Part shown: one piece after another, positions 11,481 to 25,300 of the stretch
How the letters are laid out: the number at the start of each line of letters is the position of its first letter
Position numbering within the stretch: the stretch's first letter is position 1
Origin: Pristiophorus japonicus
Lineage: Eukaryota
NCBI RefSeq assembly: GCF_044704955.1
Contig: NC_091993.1
Location: 100,254,001 to 100,318,000 of the forward strand
Length of the DNA: 64,000 nucleotides
Direction of reading: 5' to 3'
Position numbers and translations under genes: made by a program
The notes under the pieces: model-generated
Database searches by the model: none
What the model was told of the DNA's origin: nothing
Seen by the model: only the letters and a program-made list of their open reading frames with translations

Positions 11481-13249
11481 TTAAAGGTGCTATATTAATG
11501 CAAGTAGTTGTTATTTTATGCCAAATTGGTATAAGAAAGAAAGACTTGAATTTATATAACGCCTTTCACAACCATCGAACGTCTCAAAGCACTTTACAGC
11601 CCATGTGCTAGACAATTAGAAACAATTGAATCAATGAAAAAAACAGTTTGCAAATATACTTTGCCGATATAAACGAACTTTCATTATAAAACTGTTTGTA
11701 GTTCATTAGTTTTAGATCTGTGACTGTTGGAATAGCTGTACAAAACAACAGAAGATGATGCGTTGAGACTGGAAAATATTTTTTTGAGGTTGACACTCGG
11801 GTTTATACACAATGCTGGAGTGCCTGGGATTGTTCATTTGTTTTGGTGCTGAGGAGCAGGTATCTGGAAGTCCTGCCAGATTCTGAGTAAAACAATCTGT
11901 TCTACTGCTCTCAGAAGCCACACATTACTCAGTGCCAGAACTGCAGGAACTTTGTAATAAAGCAAATAACATATTTTAGATAAACAATCTGAATGATAAT
12001 TCATCCACTACCTAAAGTCTTCTTGTTACAAGTATACGGTCAAAATAACTCCCAGTTGCTAGGCTTTTCATTCTTTCCATGGAAGCTGATCTGTTATCAA
12101 CAACGGAATAACACATTGCTGGAACAGACAGCGATTCCACAAATTAGACAAAGGAGGAACAGGAAAAACAGTTTTTAGACTACAGCTATGCGAATGCCTC
12201 AGCTGTTACCAGTCGTAATCTGTTAGTGTCCAAGATGACAATGGGCTGCAAGATCACTGGAATGTTTAAGATAAACATTGGCATCCAACATTGGCAGATG
12301 AGTGTTGGTGGAACTATAGCCATAGGGGCTCATCCCTGCTTGCATTCTGGTCATGTCCACCCTCCAGCCCATCTTCACAGCCACTGGGGACGACTGAAGA
12401 TATGAGAGGCGTAGCTATCCCCTGGACCTAAAGCCATGCATATGCTGCCTGCTGCTGGAAAGGAAATCTCAACTACTCACAATGTCCCACAGATATCACT
12501 TCTGGCTGCAATGAGATGCATTCTCCTGGTGTAGAGTTAACCATAACGCTCTCTACAACAAACATGTGGTCTAAACATATGTGTGACATTTGCAAGTCAG
12601 AGCGGATGATGTATGGGGTGGCGATGGAGCTGGGAAAACATTATGAGATATGGCGCTCCTTCCTATGAGCCAACCTTCCACCCACCCCAAGCCCCCATAA
12701 ATCAGACTGACTCCAGAGGAGACATGGCATAACTCCTTCCGCAATACAGATAGGAATCTGCTGCACATCCCCCTCTGAAAGCCCTCAGTGCTGCTGCGCC
12801 CCAGACAGAGATGACTCTGACTCTGTCACTCAGCAACCTTCATCCTAATGTATAAAATAGAATAATTATCTGTGGCCCTTACCGCGTAGTATTGTGAAGT
12901 GTACTTGTATGCTGCATCAGACAATAGTCTGAGAACATTTGCAAAAGTTATTAAAAAAAATTAACTGTAAATAAATTAAATAACTCAATTTAAAATAAAC
13001 AGACAAACATTGGTAGCAACCGAAAAGCTGCTCTTAAGCATATCCTCATTACTAATGGTAAGATTAATGGGGAGATTTTACCCTTCAGCACTCCCAGTGT
13101 ATGGTAGGAGTACATATTGGGAAATTTTGTATCCTCGGCCAGTGATATTCTAGCCATTAAAATCCCTGAAAGGAAAATCATGAGCTGGGAGTGCAAAATG
13201 TCCTGATAAATACTCCAAAGCAGAATTTTCTAACTTATGTCCTTCTGTT

Positions 13250-13482
13250 GCCTAGGACATAAGCTCTGGAATTCCTTCCCTAAACCGTCTCTGCCTCTCT
13301 ATCTCTCTTTCCTTCTTTAAGGCGCTCCTTAAAACCTATCTCTTTGCCCAAGCTTTTGGTCACCTGCCCTAATTTCTCTTTCTGTGGCTCGGTGTTATAT
13401 TTTTTATCTTATAATACTCCCGTGGAGTGCCTTGGGATGTTTTACTACATTAAAGACACAATACAAGTTGTTGTTGTTGTTA
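13250..13482 (+). mobile_element. L2-clade LINE 3' end
   Basis: ctctggaattccttccctaaa..cttaaaacctatctctttg (LWNSLP..LKTYLF) and (gtt)n tail. Confidence 0.75.
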
Positions 13483-13544
13483 TAATTCCCAGATTGTTTC
13501 AATTACATTCATTTTTTGTGAAATCTGAAAGGACTGAAATGCTT

Positions 13545-13850
13545 TTTTATTCATTCCCGGGATGTGGATGTTGCTGCCAAAGCCAGCATTATTTGCCAAT
13601 CCCTCATTGCTCCCGAGAAGGCAGTGGTGAGCTGCCATTTCAGAGGGCAGTTAAGAGTCAACTACATTGCTTTGGGTCTGGAGTCACATGTCGGCCAGAC
13701 CGGGTAAAGGCGGCAGATTTCCTTCCCTAAAGGACATTAGTGAACCAGATGGGTTTTTAGGACAATCTGGTGGTTCATGGGCACCAATACTGATACAACT
13801 TTTATTACAGATTTATTTAATTGAATTTGAACTCCCTGGATTATTAGCCT
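13545..13850 (-). mobile_element. Elasmobranch SINE-like repeat (non-Deu family), decayed
   Basis: Recognised repeat body tccttccctaaaggacattagtgaaccagatggg and CR1-group-like tail cacatcccgggaatgaataa on the minus strand. Confidence 0.55.
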
Positions 13851-13955
13851 GTACCCGTGACCATGTTTCAACTAACTTATTGAAAAGGAAAGAACTGGAT
13901 TGAAAACTTTCCAGTGGTACTGAACCATATAGACGAGAAAGAATGTAGGTCTTTA

Positions 13956-14491
13956 GGGCCAGATTTTTGAGGTTTGCGACCGGGTTTTCGCCGCGATTTG
14001 ACCCTCTGCGGCAAAAACACGGTCGCAAAGCCTGGGCAGGATCCTCGGGTACCTGTTTGCAGCGGCGCTTCCAAGTACCGCAGGGCAGAGATGCGCCGAC
14101 ATGCAACGACGCGGATTGCTTTCACGACCGACTTTCGGCACTCTCCCGACCCGTACGCCGCGCCCAGAATAGCGACAGGTCAAAACCTGTCAGTGCAGTC
14201 CTGCCAGCAGCGGTAAGTATGAAAACCTGCAAAAAAGGGAAGTTAAAGTTTTTATTTGTGACTTTTTTTTTCAGCGATTCAATAAATAAGGGTCTTGTAA
14301 ATGTTTTTCCCCCCCTCCCAAAGTCTCTCTCGCAGCACTCCCTGCCCTGGACTAAATTTGGCGAAACTTGCGTTTTTGTGCCCCTTACTGCAGACATAAA
14401 GGCCAAAGGTTCAGCCTAAAAATGGTAGTGCAGCGAAACGGTAAGTTTCATGTATCGTTATTGTTTTCGCCAAAAGCCAAAAATCCAGCCC
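13956..14491. mobile_element. GC-rich TIR element, same family as 6389-6941
   Basis: gggccagattttt / aaaaatccagccc termini; colinear similarity with 6389-6941. Confidence 0.78.
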
Positions 14492-14534
14492 ATACTGTTA
14501 GCAGATTTCACTGGAAACTGGCCTGAGCTAGGTA

Positions 14535-16058
14535 CATAGAAACATAGAAACATAAAAATTAGGTGCAGGAGCAGGCCATTCGGCCCTTCGAGCCGGCACC
14601 GCCATTCAATAAGATCATGGCTGATCATTCAACCTCAGTACCCCTTTCCTGCTTTCTCTCCATAATCCCTTGATCCCTTTGACCATAAGGGCCATATCTA
14701 ACTCCCTTTTGAATTCATCTAACGATCTGGCCTCAACAACTTTCTGCGGTAGAGAATTCCACAGGTTAACTCCTCATCTCGATCCTAAATGGCTTACCCC
14801 TTATTCTTAGACTGTGACCCCTGGTTCTGGAACTCCCCAGCAACAGGAACATTCTTCCTGCCTCTAACCTGTCCAATCCCGTCAGAACTTTATATGTTTC
14901 TATGAGATCCCCTCTCATTCTTCTAAACTCCAGTGGATACAAGCCCAGTTGATCCAGTCTTTCCTCATATGTCAGTCCTGCCATTCCAGAAATCAATCTG
15001 GTGAACCTTCGCTGTACTCCCTCAACAGCAAGAACATCCTTCCTCAGATTAGGAGAACAAAACTGAACACAATATTCCAGGTGTGGCCTCACCAAGGCTC
15101 TGTACAACTGCAGTAAGACCTCCCTGCTCCAATACTCAAATTCTCTAGCTATGAAGGCCAACATGCCATTTGCCTTCTTCACTGCCTGCTGTACCTGCAT
15201 GCCAAACTCAATGCCTGATGTACCATGACACCCAGGTCTCATTGCACCTCCCCTTTTCCTAATCTGTCACCATTCAGATAATATTCTGTCTTCCCGTATT
15301 TGCCACCAAAGTGGATAACCTCACATTTATCCACATTATACTGCACCTGCCATTCATTTGCCCATTCACCTAACCTGTCTAAGTCACCCTGCAGCCTCTT
15401 AGCATCCTCCTCACTGCTCACACTGCCACCCAGTTTAGTGTCATCTGCAAACTTGGAGATATTACATTCAATTCATTCATCTAAATCATTGATGTATATT
15501 GTAAATAGCTGGGGTCCCAGCACTGAACCCTGCGGCACCCCACTGGTCACTGCCTGCCATTCTGAAAAGGACCCGTTTATTCCGACTCTCTGCTTCCTAT
15601 CTGCCAACCAGTTCTCTATCCACGTCAATACATTACCCCCAATACCATGTGCTTTAATTTTGCACACTAATCTCTTGTGTGGGACCTTGTCAAAAGCCTT
15701 TTGAAAGTCCAAATACACCACATCCACTGGTTCTCCCTTGTCCACTCTACTAGTTACATTACATCCTCAAAAAATTCTAGAAGATTTGTCAAGCATGATT
15801 TCCCTTTCATAAATCCATGCTGACTTGGACCGATCCTGTCACTGCTTTCCAAATGCGCTGCTATTTCATCTTTAATAATTGATTCCAACATTTTCCCCAC
15901 CACCGATGTCAGGCTAACCCAGGCTATAATTACCCATTTTCTCTCTCCCTCCTTTTTTAAAAAGTGGTGTTACATTAGCTGCCCTCCAGTCCATAGGAAC
16001 TGATCCAGAGTCAATAGAATGTTGGAAAATGATCATCAATGCATCCACTATTTCTAGG
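14535..16058 (-). mobile_element. 5'-truncated CR1 ORF2 (RT and C-terminus) with small internal deletions
   Basis: [29 protein letters not shown]; (tttctatg)n tail at 14535. Confidence 0.92.
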
Positions 16059-16059
16059 T

Positions 16060-16225
16060 TAATGGAAAATCAGCGAGTGTACACTTTTCCGATTGCTGTC
16101 CAGGCAAGGTGTGCAGACAGGGATGAGCTTGGCTTTGGTACTTTTATCGATAACATCTACTGTTAAGACTGTCACATGGAGAATGGTCATTCAGGTGAAG
16201 CACTAGATGGCTACCTGCATTTCTG
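16060..16225 (+). mobile_element. AmnSINE2-like relic
   Basis: ggaaaatcagc...cacatggagaatggtcatt resembles 52915-53200 and the recalled AmnSINE2 consensus. Confidence 0.4.
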
Positions 16226-16229
16226 GTAA

Positions 16230-16686
16230 GAAAGACTTGGATGTATATAGCGCCTTTCATGACCACCGGACGTCTCAAAGTGCTTTTTGCAGCCAATGAA
16301 CTACAGGAGTGTAGTCACTGTTGTAATGTAGGGAACGAGGCAGCCAATTTGCGCACAAGCAAGCACCCACACACAGCAATATGATAATGACTAAATAATC
16401 TGTTTTTTTGTTATGTTAATTGAGGGATAAATATTGGCCAGGTCATGGGGGATAACGCCCTTGCGCTTCTTCGAAATAGTGCCATGGGATCTTTTACATC
16501 CACTTGAGAGAGCAGACGGGGCCTCGGTTTAATCTCTCATCCAATGACAGTGCAGCACTCCCTCAGCACTGCACTGGAGTGTCAGCCTAGGTTTTTCTTG
16601 TGCTCAAGTCTCTGGAGTGGAACTTGAACCCACAAACTTCTGACTCAGAGTCGAGAGTGCTACCCATTGAGCCACAGCTGACACTG
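16230..16686 (-). mobile_element. Full-length Deu-domain SINE
   Basis: Reverse complement of the 11022-11480 family, head at 16686. Confidence 0.82.
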
Positions 16687-16769
16687 TACAGACTCCAATA
16701 ACTGCAGTAAAACGATGAAGAAAATTGGAAAGAAAAGAAAACTTGTCAGAGAGGATAATACAGAAGTGG

Positions 16770-17342
16770 AAAGATGCAGGAAATCTTAAATAAAAACAAA
16801 AATGCTGGAAGTCCTCAGCAGGTCAGGCAGCATCTGTGGAGAGAGGAACTGTTCATCATAGGTGGTCCCTCGTATCGAGGATGACTTGCTTCCACACCAA
16901 AAATGGAAAATGGAGAGTTCACAGGTGTTTCAATGAAGGACCTAATATTCCAGGTCCCGAACTACATCCTGAAGGGTGGACGATGCCGGTGCGTGGATTT
17001 TATTAACGTGTGGTGGCTGTTGCACACCAGCCACCACATGGGCTTGACAGAGCTAGGTGTTGGTCCAGGGGCAAGGATTACCCAAGACGACTGGAGACCA
17101 GTCTGCTGCATGGGTCTAGTGTGCACACATATCACAGTGTGGGCTGGCCCCTGTTGCCCCTGGACCTTCGCCACTTCTGGCCCCAAACCCACGCCTCTCC
17201 TGGGCCCCGATCGCGTCACTCCACGATCACTCGCCGCTCCTGCGCCCCAACCTCGTCGCTCCTGCTGTACCTGCCCACCCTCCAATCACTGACCTAAACC
17301 TTGAACAGTGTTCAGGTTCCAGGTGATCGACCTTTCGTTAGT
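16770..17342 (-). mobile_element. Penelope-like pLTR remnant interrupted by an RTE-derived element
   Basis: aatgctggaagtcctcagcaggtcaggcagcatctgtggagaga before the insert; decayed hammerhead core at 17310-17342. Confidence 0.6.
16854..17300 (-). mobile_element. Non-autonomous bipartite RTE derivative (RTE 5'UTR joined to RTE 3' tail)
   Basis: Homologous to 45060-45250 (RTE 5' region) and to RTE tails; sister copies at 25978, 36090, 55960. Confidence 0.8.
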
Positions 17343-17463
17343 TATGCGTGACTATTGTGTAGCAGCTATGGCTTATCCAGAAATACAGGTCCTTACAAAA
17401 CAAGCATAAACAACACGGTGGATAAGCAATAGGATGATTACCTTGTGAATGTCAAATACAATG

Positions 17464-18168
17464 TCAGTCATTGAAGGTTGGCATGCAGGTGCAGCAGGCG
17501 GTTAAGAAAGCAAATGGCATGTTGGCCTTCATAGCAAGGGGATTTGAGTACAGGGGCAGGGAGGTGTTGCTACAGTTGTACAGGGCATTGGTGAGGCCAC
17601 ACCTGGAGTATTGTGTACAGTTTTGGTCTCCTAACCTGAGGAAGGACATTCTTGCTATTGAGGGAGTGCAGCGAAGGTTCACCAGACTGATTCCCGGGAT
17701 GGCGGGACTGACCTATCAAGAAAGACTGGATCAACTGGGCTTGTATTCACTGGAGTTCAGAAGAATGAGAGGGGACCTCATAGAAACATTTAAAATTCTG
17801 ACTGGGTTAGACAGGTTAGATGCAGGAAGAATGTTCCCAATGTTGGGGAAGTCCAGAACCAGAGGTCACAGTCTAAGGATAAGGGGTAAGCCATTTAGGA
17901 CCGAGATGCGGAGGAACTTCTTCACCCAGAGAGTGGTGAACCTGTAGAATTCTCTACCACAGAAAGTTGTTGAGGCCAATTCACTAAATATATTCAAAAA
18001 GGAGTTAGATGAGGTCCTTACTACTAGGGGGATCAACGGCTATGGCGAGAAAGCAGGAATGGGGTACTGAAGTTGAATGTTCAGCCATGAACTCATTGAA
18101 TGGCGGTGCAGGCTAGAAGGGCCGAATGGCCTACTCCTGCACCTATTTTCTATGTTTCTATGTTTCTA
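17464..18168 (+). mobile_element. Young CR1 3' fragment
   Basis: Near-identical to 24830-25527; (tttctatg)3 tail. Confidence 0.93.
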
Positions 18169-18424
18169 TACCTCCCTGATATGATGAGTTGGAGGTTGTT
18201 GTGTGTATTATGTGCCAACTCACGGAGCAGAAGGTCAGCAGGTTGTTCACATCCAACTGCTTTACATCTGGGTGTCATATTAAGAAATATAATTTTATAT
18301 TTACTCCAAAATAATAACAGAACAAGTAGATTTAATAGTTTGAACTGAGTATTTTTATTTAAAACAGCTGTGCAAACTAAGGCGTGGAGGATCTAATCAA
18401 GTTCAGAGCAAATGATCCAAACTA

Positions 18425-19295
18425 GCACAAAATATAAAAAAAGACAGTAAGAGTTTCTACAGATACATAAAAAGGAAAAGAGTGGCTAAAGTAAATGTTG
18501 GTCCCCTGGAGGATGAGGCTGGGAAATATATATTTTTCTGTTTTTTTTCAAAGTTTTGTAATTAGGGTTAAAACTAAACTTACCTTAGGGGAGGGTTCTT
18601 AACAATAAAATGTGTTTTTAAAATGTAATTTAATTATATTTTTGTATGTTTTAAAACACTTACACCTATAAAAGTAGGCTATGCACGTGCTTTTATCAGG
18701 TGCAAGAGTTTTGAGGACATTTGCTGGGCAAGATATGGGTAAATATCGCAATCCTGTCCTTTGCAAATGTCCTCGCTCCTGATATGTGTTGGATCTGTCA
18801 AGCTCCAGCTTGACAAATTGGAAAAGCTGGTTTTAGCACATGCGCATTGTGTGCTGAAAACTGGCTTTTGCGATGCCTTCCCGGGTTGGTAGACATTCAG
18901 TACGGACCCGGAGAGGCCGGGATTTCCAGGATAGTGAGGAGCTTGACAAGGTGGATGCAGAGAGGATATTTCCGCTCATAGGGGAAACTAAAACTAGGGA
19001 CATAGTCTCAGAACAAGGGGCCGCCCATTTAAAACTGAGATGAGGAGGACTTTCTTCTCTCAGGGTTGTAAATCTATGGAATTCTCTGCCCCAGAGATTT
19101 GTGGAGGCTGGGTCATTGAATATATTTAAGACGTAGATTGACAGATTTTTGAGCGATAAGGCAGTAAAGGGTTGTGGAGGACGGGCGGGGAAGTGAAGCT
19201 GAGTCCATGATCAGATCAGCCATGATCTTATTAAATGGCAGAGCAGGCTTGAGGAGCAAAATGGCCTACTCCTGCTCCTATTTATTACGTTCTTA
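18425..19295 (+). mobile_element. CR1 fragments flanking a partial TIR-type repeat (about 18525-18930)
   Basis: CR1-like sequence at 18425-18522 and 18932-19295; the middle resembles 46760-46950. Confidence 0.6.
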
Positions 19296-19540
19296 TTTTC
19301 TTAAACTATCTAACTTTAATTTGCTTTCCACCCTGTTTGCATTGAAACTAGTGTTGATGAGTCAATCTAATTAGTCATTGAGAATAGGCAGTCGTGCGAG
19401 TACAGTGCAGACAATACACCTTGGGTGCTATGTTATGCATATTTCGGGATGGGTATTATTACTGTACACCTGTTTGTAATGTTGAATAGTTTATTTTGAA
19501 AGCATGAATGTTTACATCAAATCTGGAGCACCATTCTCTT

Positions 19541-19657
19541 ATTCTTTCATTGGTGAAGGTGATTTGACCGAGATTCAACTCACATAATGGACCACAAAGC
19601 GGTGATAATGACATACAGAGCACAAGCCATCAAATCACCTTCACTGATTATAAGAAT
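19541..19657. repeat. Short inverted repeat (hairpin)
   Basis: gtgaaggtgatttga / tcaaatcaccttcac perfect 15 bp, extendable to about 27 bp. Confidence 0.65.
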
Positions 19658-20363
19658 ACCAACATCGGGGCAATAGATGTTTGGATAATGGACTTTTGGA
19701 TGAAGAAAGATGCTAATGGTAACAAGGAAGAACATGGCAGAGAGCAGAAAAATTGAAAGGAAATGAGGAATGAGATAGAAACAGATGGTTAAACCAGAGG
19801 TAGAGGAACAGCAAAAAAAAAAGTGTCACACTTACTTTCTGTCACATTTTAACCATATCACATTTCAGACATCACACTTTGGCATATCTCCTACCACAAT
19901 GAAAGCAATGCCATGGGAGATCTGCTAGTAATATATTATGGCTCCCCATATTCCACAGCCCAGAGAAAATGTGCTCGGATTTGGTGGAGCATACTTGAAA
20001 TGCGCTTCACCAGAAAGTAATAAGCAGTGCCCGTAATTTGAGTCACTTGCTATTTGAATCAGAAGGATGTGTACCAGGAGTAGATGTACCTCTGGTTGGG
20101 TGCAGACCCAATGTGCAGATTAGGGTTGTCAGCTCGAGTTGGATGTATACCTGGAGGCTTCATCACATGACCTCCCACCTCCAATCAACCGTGCCAATCA
20201 AACAGCCCTGTCTCCCCTTCACTAATGTTTTAATATCTAAGAAACAAAAGTTTTCAAAGAAAATGAAAAAAATTCTCTTTCTCAATCTATTTATAAAAAT
20301 GTTTATTGTTAGACTTGAAATCCCAGCAACATTTTTTTTCATATTTCCTCTTAATAGTTTCTC

Positions 20364-22064
20364 GGGGCCCAAGTTTCGGGCCGCACCTAGAACGGCGCAG
20401 TCCCGACCTGGACGCCCGTTTTTCGTGCCACAAAGTGTGCCTAAAAAAAACTTCCAGATTCTCCAGCTCCCTGCAGGTCGTTTGCAGCTTGGCGCAGCGC
20501 AGCAGAAGCTGTAGGGGGCGGAGCCAGGTCCCTGCGCTGAAAACAGTGCCGGGACCTCTGCACATGCACGCTACAGTGGGCGCACATGTGCAGTAGCTCC
20601 AGGCGCCCAAAACTGTGTGGGAGGGGCCGAAGCACGCAGCCCCTAGCCCTGGCCCAATGGCCTCACTGGGGCTGCGTGAATAAGGCTCCTCCCACGGCCA
20701 GCTCCTGCTTCCACCCAACCCGACTCAACACCCGCTTCCCGCCCCCCGCCTCCGGACCGGACCCGACAACGACACCGACACCCGCTTCCCCCCCCCCACC
20801 CCCCCGGACCGGACCCGACCCCGACCCCGACACCGACCCGACTCCTGCTCCCCCCCCCGGCCCCAGGACCCAACCCGACCCCCCGGACTGGACCTGACCC
20901 GACTCCCGCTTCCCCCCCCTCCGCCCTCCGCTTCCGGACCCGACACCGACACCAACCCGACTCCCGCTTCCCCCCGCCCCCCCCCGACTGGACCCGACCT
21001 GACATCCCTCTCCCTCCCTCACCCCGACCCGAATCGAACCGACCTCCCTCCCACCACCTCCCCAACCCGCGCTCCCCCCGACCCGACCCGACCCGACCCA
21101 ATGCCACCTACCTGTAAATCTGGTGCTGGGGACGGGCCCTGCCCGAAGTCTCGGGCCCGACCGGGCCCGGCCTGTTCAGCCTCCCTCCCCCTTCTCCTTC
21201 CCCCCCACCCAATCTCCTTTCCCCCCCATCTCCTTTCCCCCATCTCCTTTCCCCCACCCCCTCCCTCCCTACTCCTCCTCCCCCTCCCCCCTTCTCCTCC
21301 TCCCCTTCCCCCTTCTCCCCCCCTCCCCCTTCTCCCCCCTCCCCTTCTCCCCCTCCCCCTTCTCCCCATCCCTCCCCCTTCCCTCCCTCTGCTCCCCGCT
21401 CTCTCCCTCTACCCCCCTCCTCCCCCTCCCCTCGCTGTCAGAAACACAGACACTGACAGACAGAGAATGAGAGACACACACACACAGACAGACAGAGAGA
21501 TAGAGACACTGACAGAGACACACTGGGGGGGGGGGGGGGGCATCCCAGCATGCTGTTGGAGGGCTCCCGGTGCTGCAGTCGGTAAGTAGAAAATGTTTTT
21601 ATTGATTTAAAAAAATATATTTCTTATTAATTTTTTTTGACTGATTTATTGGTTGATTTATTGATGTTTTTATCATTTATTATTGATGATGGCTCTTTAT
21701 TTGTAAAACTGAAGTGTTTAATGTTTGTAAACTTCCCTTTAAACCCCCCCCCCCCCCACCATTCCCTACGCCTGATTTATAACCTACGCCTGATTTTCTA
21801 AAGTGTAGACAAGGTTTTTTCGAGCATACAAAAATCTTCACTTACTCCATTCCGAGTTAGTTTGGAGTAAGTTTTCACTGACGAAACTTTGAAAACAGGC
21901 GTAAGTGGCCGAACACGCCCCCTTTTGAAAAAAAAATTCTGTTCCAAAGTGAAACTTTTCTAACTGGAGCAAACTAAATGGCGAGAATTCCGATTTCTAA
22001 GATACTCCGTTCTACACCAGTTGCTCCTAAAAATCAGGAGCAAATCATGTCGAAACTTGGGGCC
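20364..22064. mobile_element. 1.7-kb non-autonomous TIR element with internal (ccgac)n, polypyrimidine and GA/CA microsatellites
   Basis: ggggcccaagtttcg / cgaaacttggggcc termini; CpG-rich; no transposase ORF. Confidence 0.75.
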
Positions 22065-22245
22065 TATGTATCCATTTGTTGCATTTTATAGCTCTCTTAG
22101 TCCTCTGGGTTTTGACGTGGTACGATATCCTATCTCATTTGTTGTCCAGTAATATAACTTCCTTATTGGCGCAGATAGCTGATCATCTGGTCCAAATGAG
22201 CAGAAAAGATGTTCAGTGGCTTCCCAGATGACATTGTTACCATTG

Positions 22246-22339
22246 TTTGCAATGCCAGCCATTAGGAAGAAGTCTAATGCTCATACCTCCTGATCCTTGT
22301 GGTCCATGGAGAGGGTGATGAATTCCCTAGCTCTGCCAT
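22246..22339 (+). repeat. 94-bp direct repeat, copy 1 (copy 2 at 25761-25854)
   Basis: tttgcaatgccagc..ctagctctgccat; 2 mismatches between copies. Confidence 0.9.
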
Positions 22340-22399
22340 TGTCTGTGAACTCACTAGTCCCGATGCACAGGAGTATGGAGGCTAGATTTTGGTCCAGAT

Positions 22400-25300
22400 C
22401 CAATCTCCTAGGGGGAGTGTTTGCTAGTGCTGTTGGGGAGGAGTTAAACTAATATGGCAGGGGGATGGGAACCAATGTAGGGAGACAGAGGGAAACAAAA
22501 AGGAGGCAAAAGCAAAAGACAGAAAGGTGATGAGGAAAAGTGGAGGGCAGAGAAACCCAGGGCAAAGAACAAAAAGGACCATTGTACAGCAAAATTCTAA
22601 AAGGACAAAGGTGTTAAAAAAACAAGCCTGAAGGCTTTGTGTCTTAATGCAAGGAGTATCCGCAATAAGGTGGATGAATTAACTATGCAAATAGATGTTA
22701 ACAAATATGATGTGATTGGGATTACGGAGACGTGGCTCCAGGATGATCAGGGCTGGGAACTCAACATCCAGGGGTATTCAACATTCAGGAAAGATAGAAT
22801 AAAAGGAAAGGGAGGTGGGGTAGCATTGCTGGTTAGGGAGGAAATTGAGGCAATGGTTCAGAAGGACATTAGCTTGGATGATGTGGAATCTATATGGGTA
22901 GAGCTGTAGAACACCAAAGGGCAAAAAACGTTAGTGGGAGTTGTGTACAGACCTCCAAACAGTAGTAGTGATGTTGGGGAGGGCAACAAACAGGAAATTA
23001 GGGGTGCATGCAATAAAGGTGCAGCAGTTATAATGGGTGACTTTAATATGCACATAGATTGGGCTAACCAAACTGGAAGCAATACGGTGGAGGAGGATTT
23101 CCTGGAGTGCATAAGGGATGGTTTTTTAGACCAATATGTCGAGGAACCAACTAGGGGGGAGGCCATCTTAGACTGGGTGTTGTGTAATGAGAGAGGATTA
23201 ATTAGCAATCTCGTTGTGCGAGGCCCCTTGGGGAAGAGTGACCATAATATGGTGGAATTCTGCATTAGGATGGAGAATGAAACAGTTAATTCAGAGACCA
23301 TGGTACAGAACTTAAAAAAGGGTAACTTTGAAGGTATGAGGTGTGAATTGGCTAGGATAGATTGGCGAATGATACTGAATGGGTTGACTGTGTATGGGCA
23401 ATGGCAGACATTTAGAGACTGCATGGATGAACTACAATAATTGTACATTCCTGTCTGGTGTAAAAATAAAAAAGGGAAGGTGGCTCAACCATGGCTATCA
23501 AGGGGAATCAGGGATAGTATTAAAGCCAAGGAAGTGGCATACAAATTGGCCAGAAATAGCAGCGAACCCAGGGACAAGGAGAAATTTAGAACTCAGCAGA
23601 GGAGGACAAAGGGTTTGATTAGGGCAGGGAAAATGGAGTACGAGAAGAAGCTTGCAGGGAACATTAAGACGGATTGCAAAAGTTTCCATAGATATGTAAA
23701 GAGAAAAAGGTTAGTAAAGACAAACGTAGGTCCCCTGCAGTCAGAATCAGGGGAAGTCATAACGGGGAACAAAGAAATGGCGGACCAATTGAACAAGTAC
23801 TTTGGTTCGGTATTCACTAAGGAGGACACAAACAACCTTCCGGATATAAAAGGGGTCGGAGGGTCTAGTAAAGAGGAGGAACGGAGGGAAATCTTTATTA
23901 GTCAGGAAATTGTGTTGGGGAAATTGATGGGATTGAAGGCCGATAAATCCCCAGGGCCTGATGGACTGCATCCCAGAGTACTTAAGGAGGTGGCCTTGGA
24001 AATAGTGGATGCATTGACAGTCATTTTCCAACATTCCATTGACTCTGGATCAGTTCCTATGGAGTGGAGGGTAGCCAATGTAACCCCACTTTTTAAAAAA
24101 GGAGGGAGAGAGAAAACAGGGAATTCTAGACCGGTCAGCCTGACATCGGTAGTGGGTAAAATGATGGAATCAATTATTAAGGATGTCATAGCAGTGCATT
24201 TGGAAAGAGGTGATATGATAGGTTCAAGTCAGCATGGATTTGTGAAAGGGAAATCATGCTTGACAAATCTTCTGGAATTTTTTGAGGATGTTTCCAGTAG
24301 AGTGGACAAGGTAGAACCAGTTGACGTGATATATTTGGACTTTCAGAAGGCTTTCGACAAGGTCCCACACAAGAGATTAATGTGCAAAGTTAAAGCACAT
24401 GGGATTGGGGGTAGTGTGCTGACATGGATTGAGAACTGGTTGTCAGACAGGAAGCAAAGAGTAGGAGTAAATGGGGACTTTTCAGAATGGCAGGCAGTGA
24501 CTAGTGGGGTACCGCAAGGTTCTGTGCTGGGGCCCCAGCTGTTTACACTGTACATTAATGATTTAGACGAGGGGATTAAATATAGTATCTCCAAATTTGC
24601 GGATGACACTAAGTTGGGTGGCAGTGTGAGCTGCGAGGAGGATGCTATGAGGCTGCAGAGCGACTTGGGTAGGTTAGGTGAGTGGGCAAATGCATGGCAG
24701 ATGAAGTATAATGTGGATAAATGTGAGATTATCCACTTTGGTGGTAAAAACAGAGAGACAGACTATTATCTGAATGGTGACAGATTAGGAAAAGGGGAGA
24801 TGCAACGAGACCTGGGTGTCATGGTACATCAGTCATTGAAGGTTGGCATGCAGGTACAGCAGGCGGTTAAGAAAGCAAATGGCATGTTGGCCTTCATAGC
24901 GAGGGGATTTGAGTACAGGGGCAGGAAAGTGTTGCTACAGTTGTACAGGGCCTTGGTGAAGCCACACATGGAGTATTGTGTACAGTTTTGGTCTTCTAAC
25001 TTGAGGAAGGACATTCTTGCTGTAGAGGGAGTGCAGCGAAGATTCACCAGACTGATTCCCGGGATGGTGGGACTGACCTATCAAGAAAGACTGGATCAAC
25101 TGGGCTTGTATTCACTGGAGTTCAGAAGAATGAGAGGGGACCTCATAGAAACATTTAAAATTCTGACGGGGTTAGACAGGTTAGATGCAGGAAGAATGTT
25201 CCCAATGTTGGGGAAGTCCAGAACCAGGGGACACAGTCTAAGGATAAGGGGTAAGCCATTTAGGACCGAGATGAGGAGGAATTTCTTCACTCAGAGAGTG

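Noticed and set aside
20586-21589. Pro-rich and Gly/Arg-rich ORFs of 100-160 aa
   Set aside because: Products of C-rich microsatellites inside a TIR element; open in several frames on both strands
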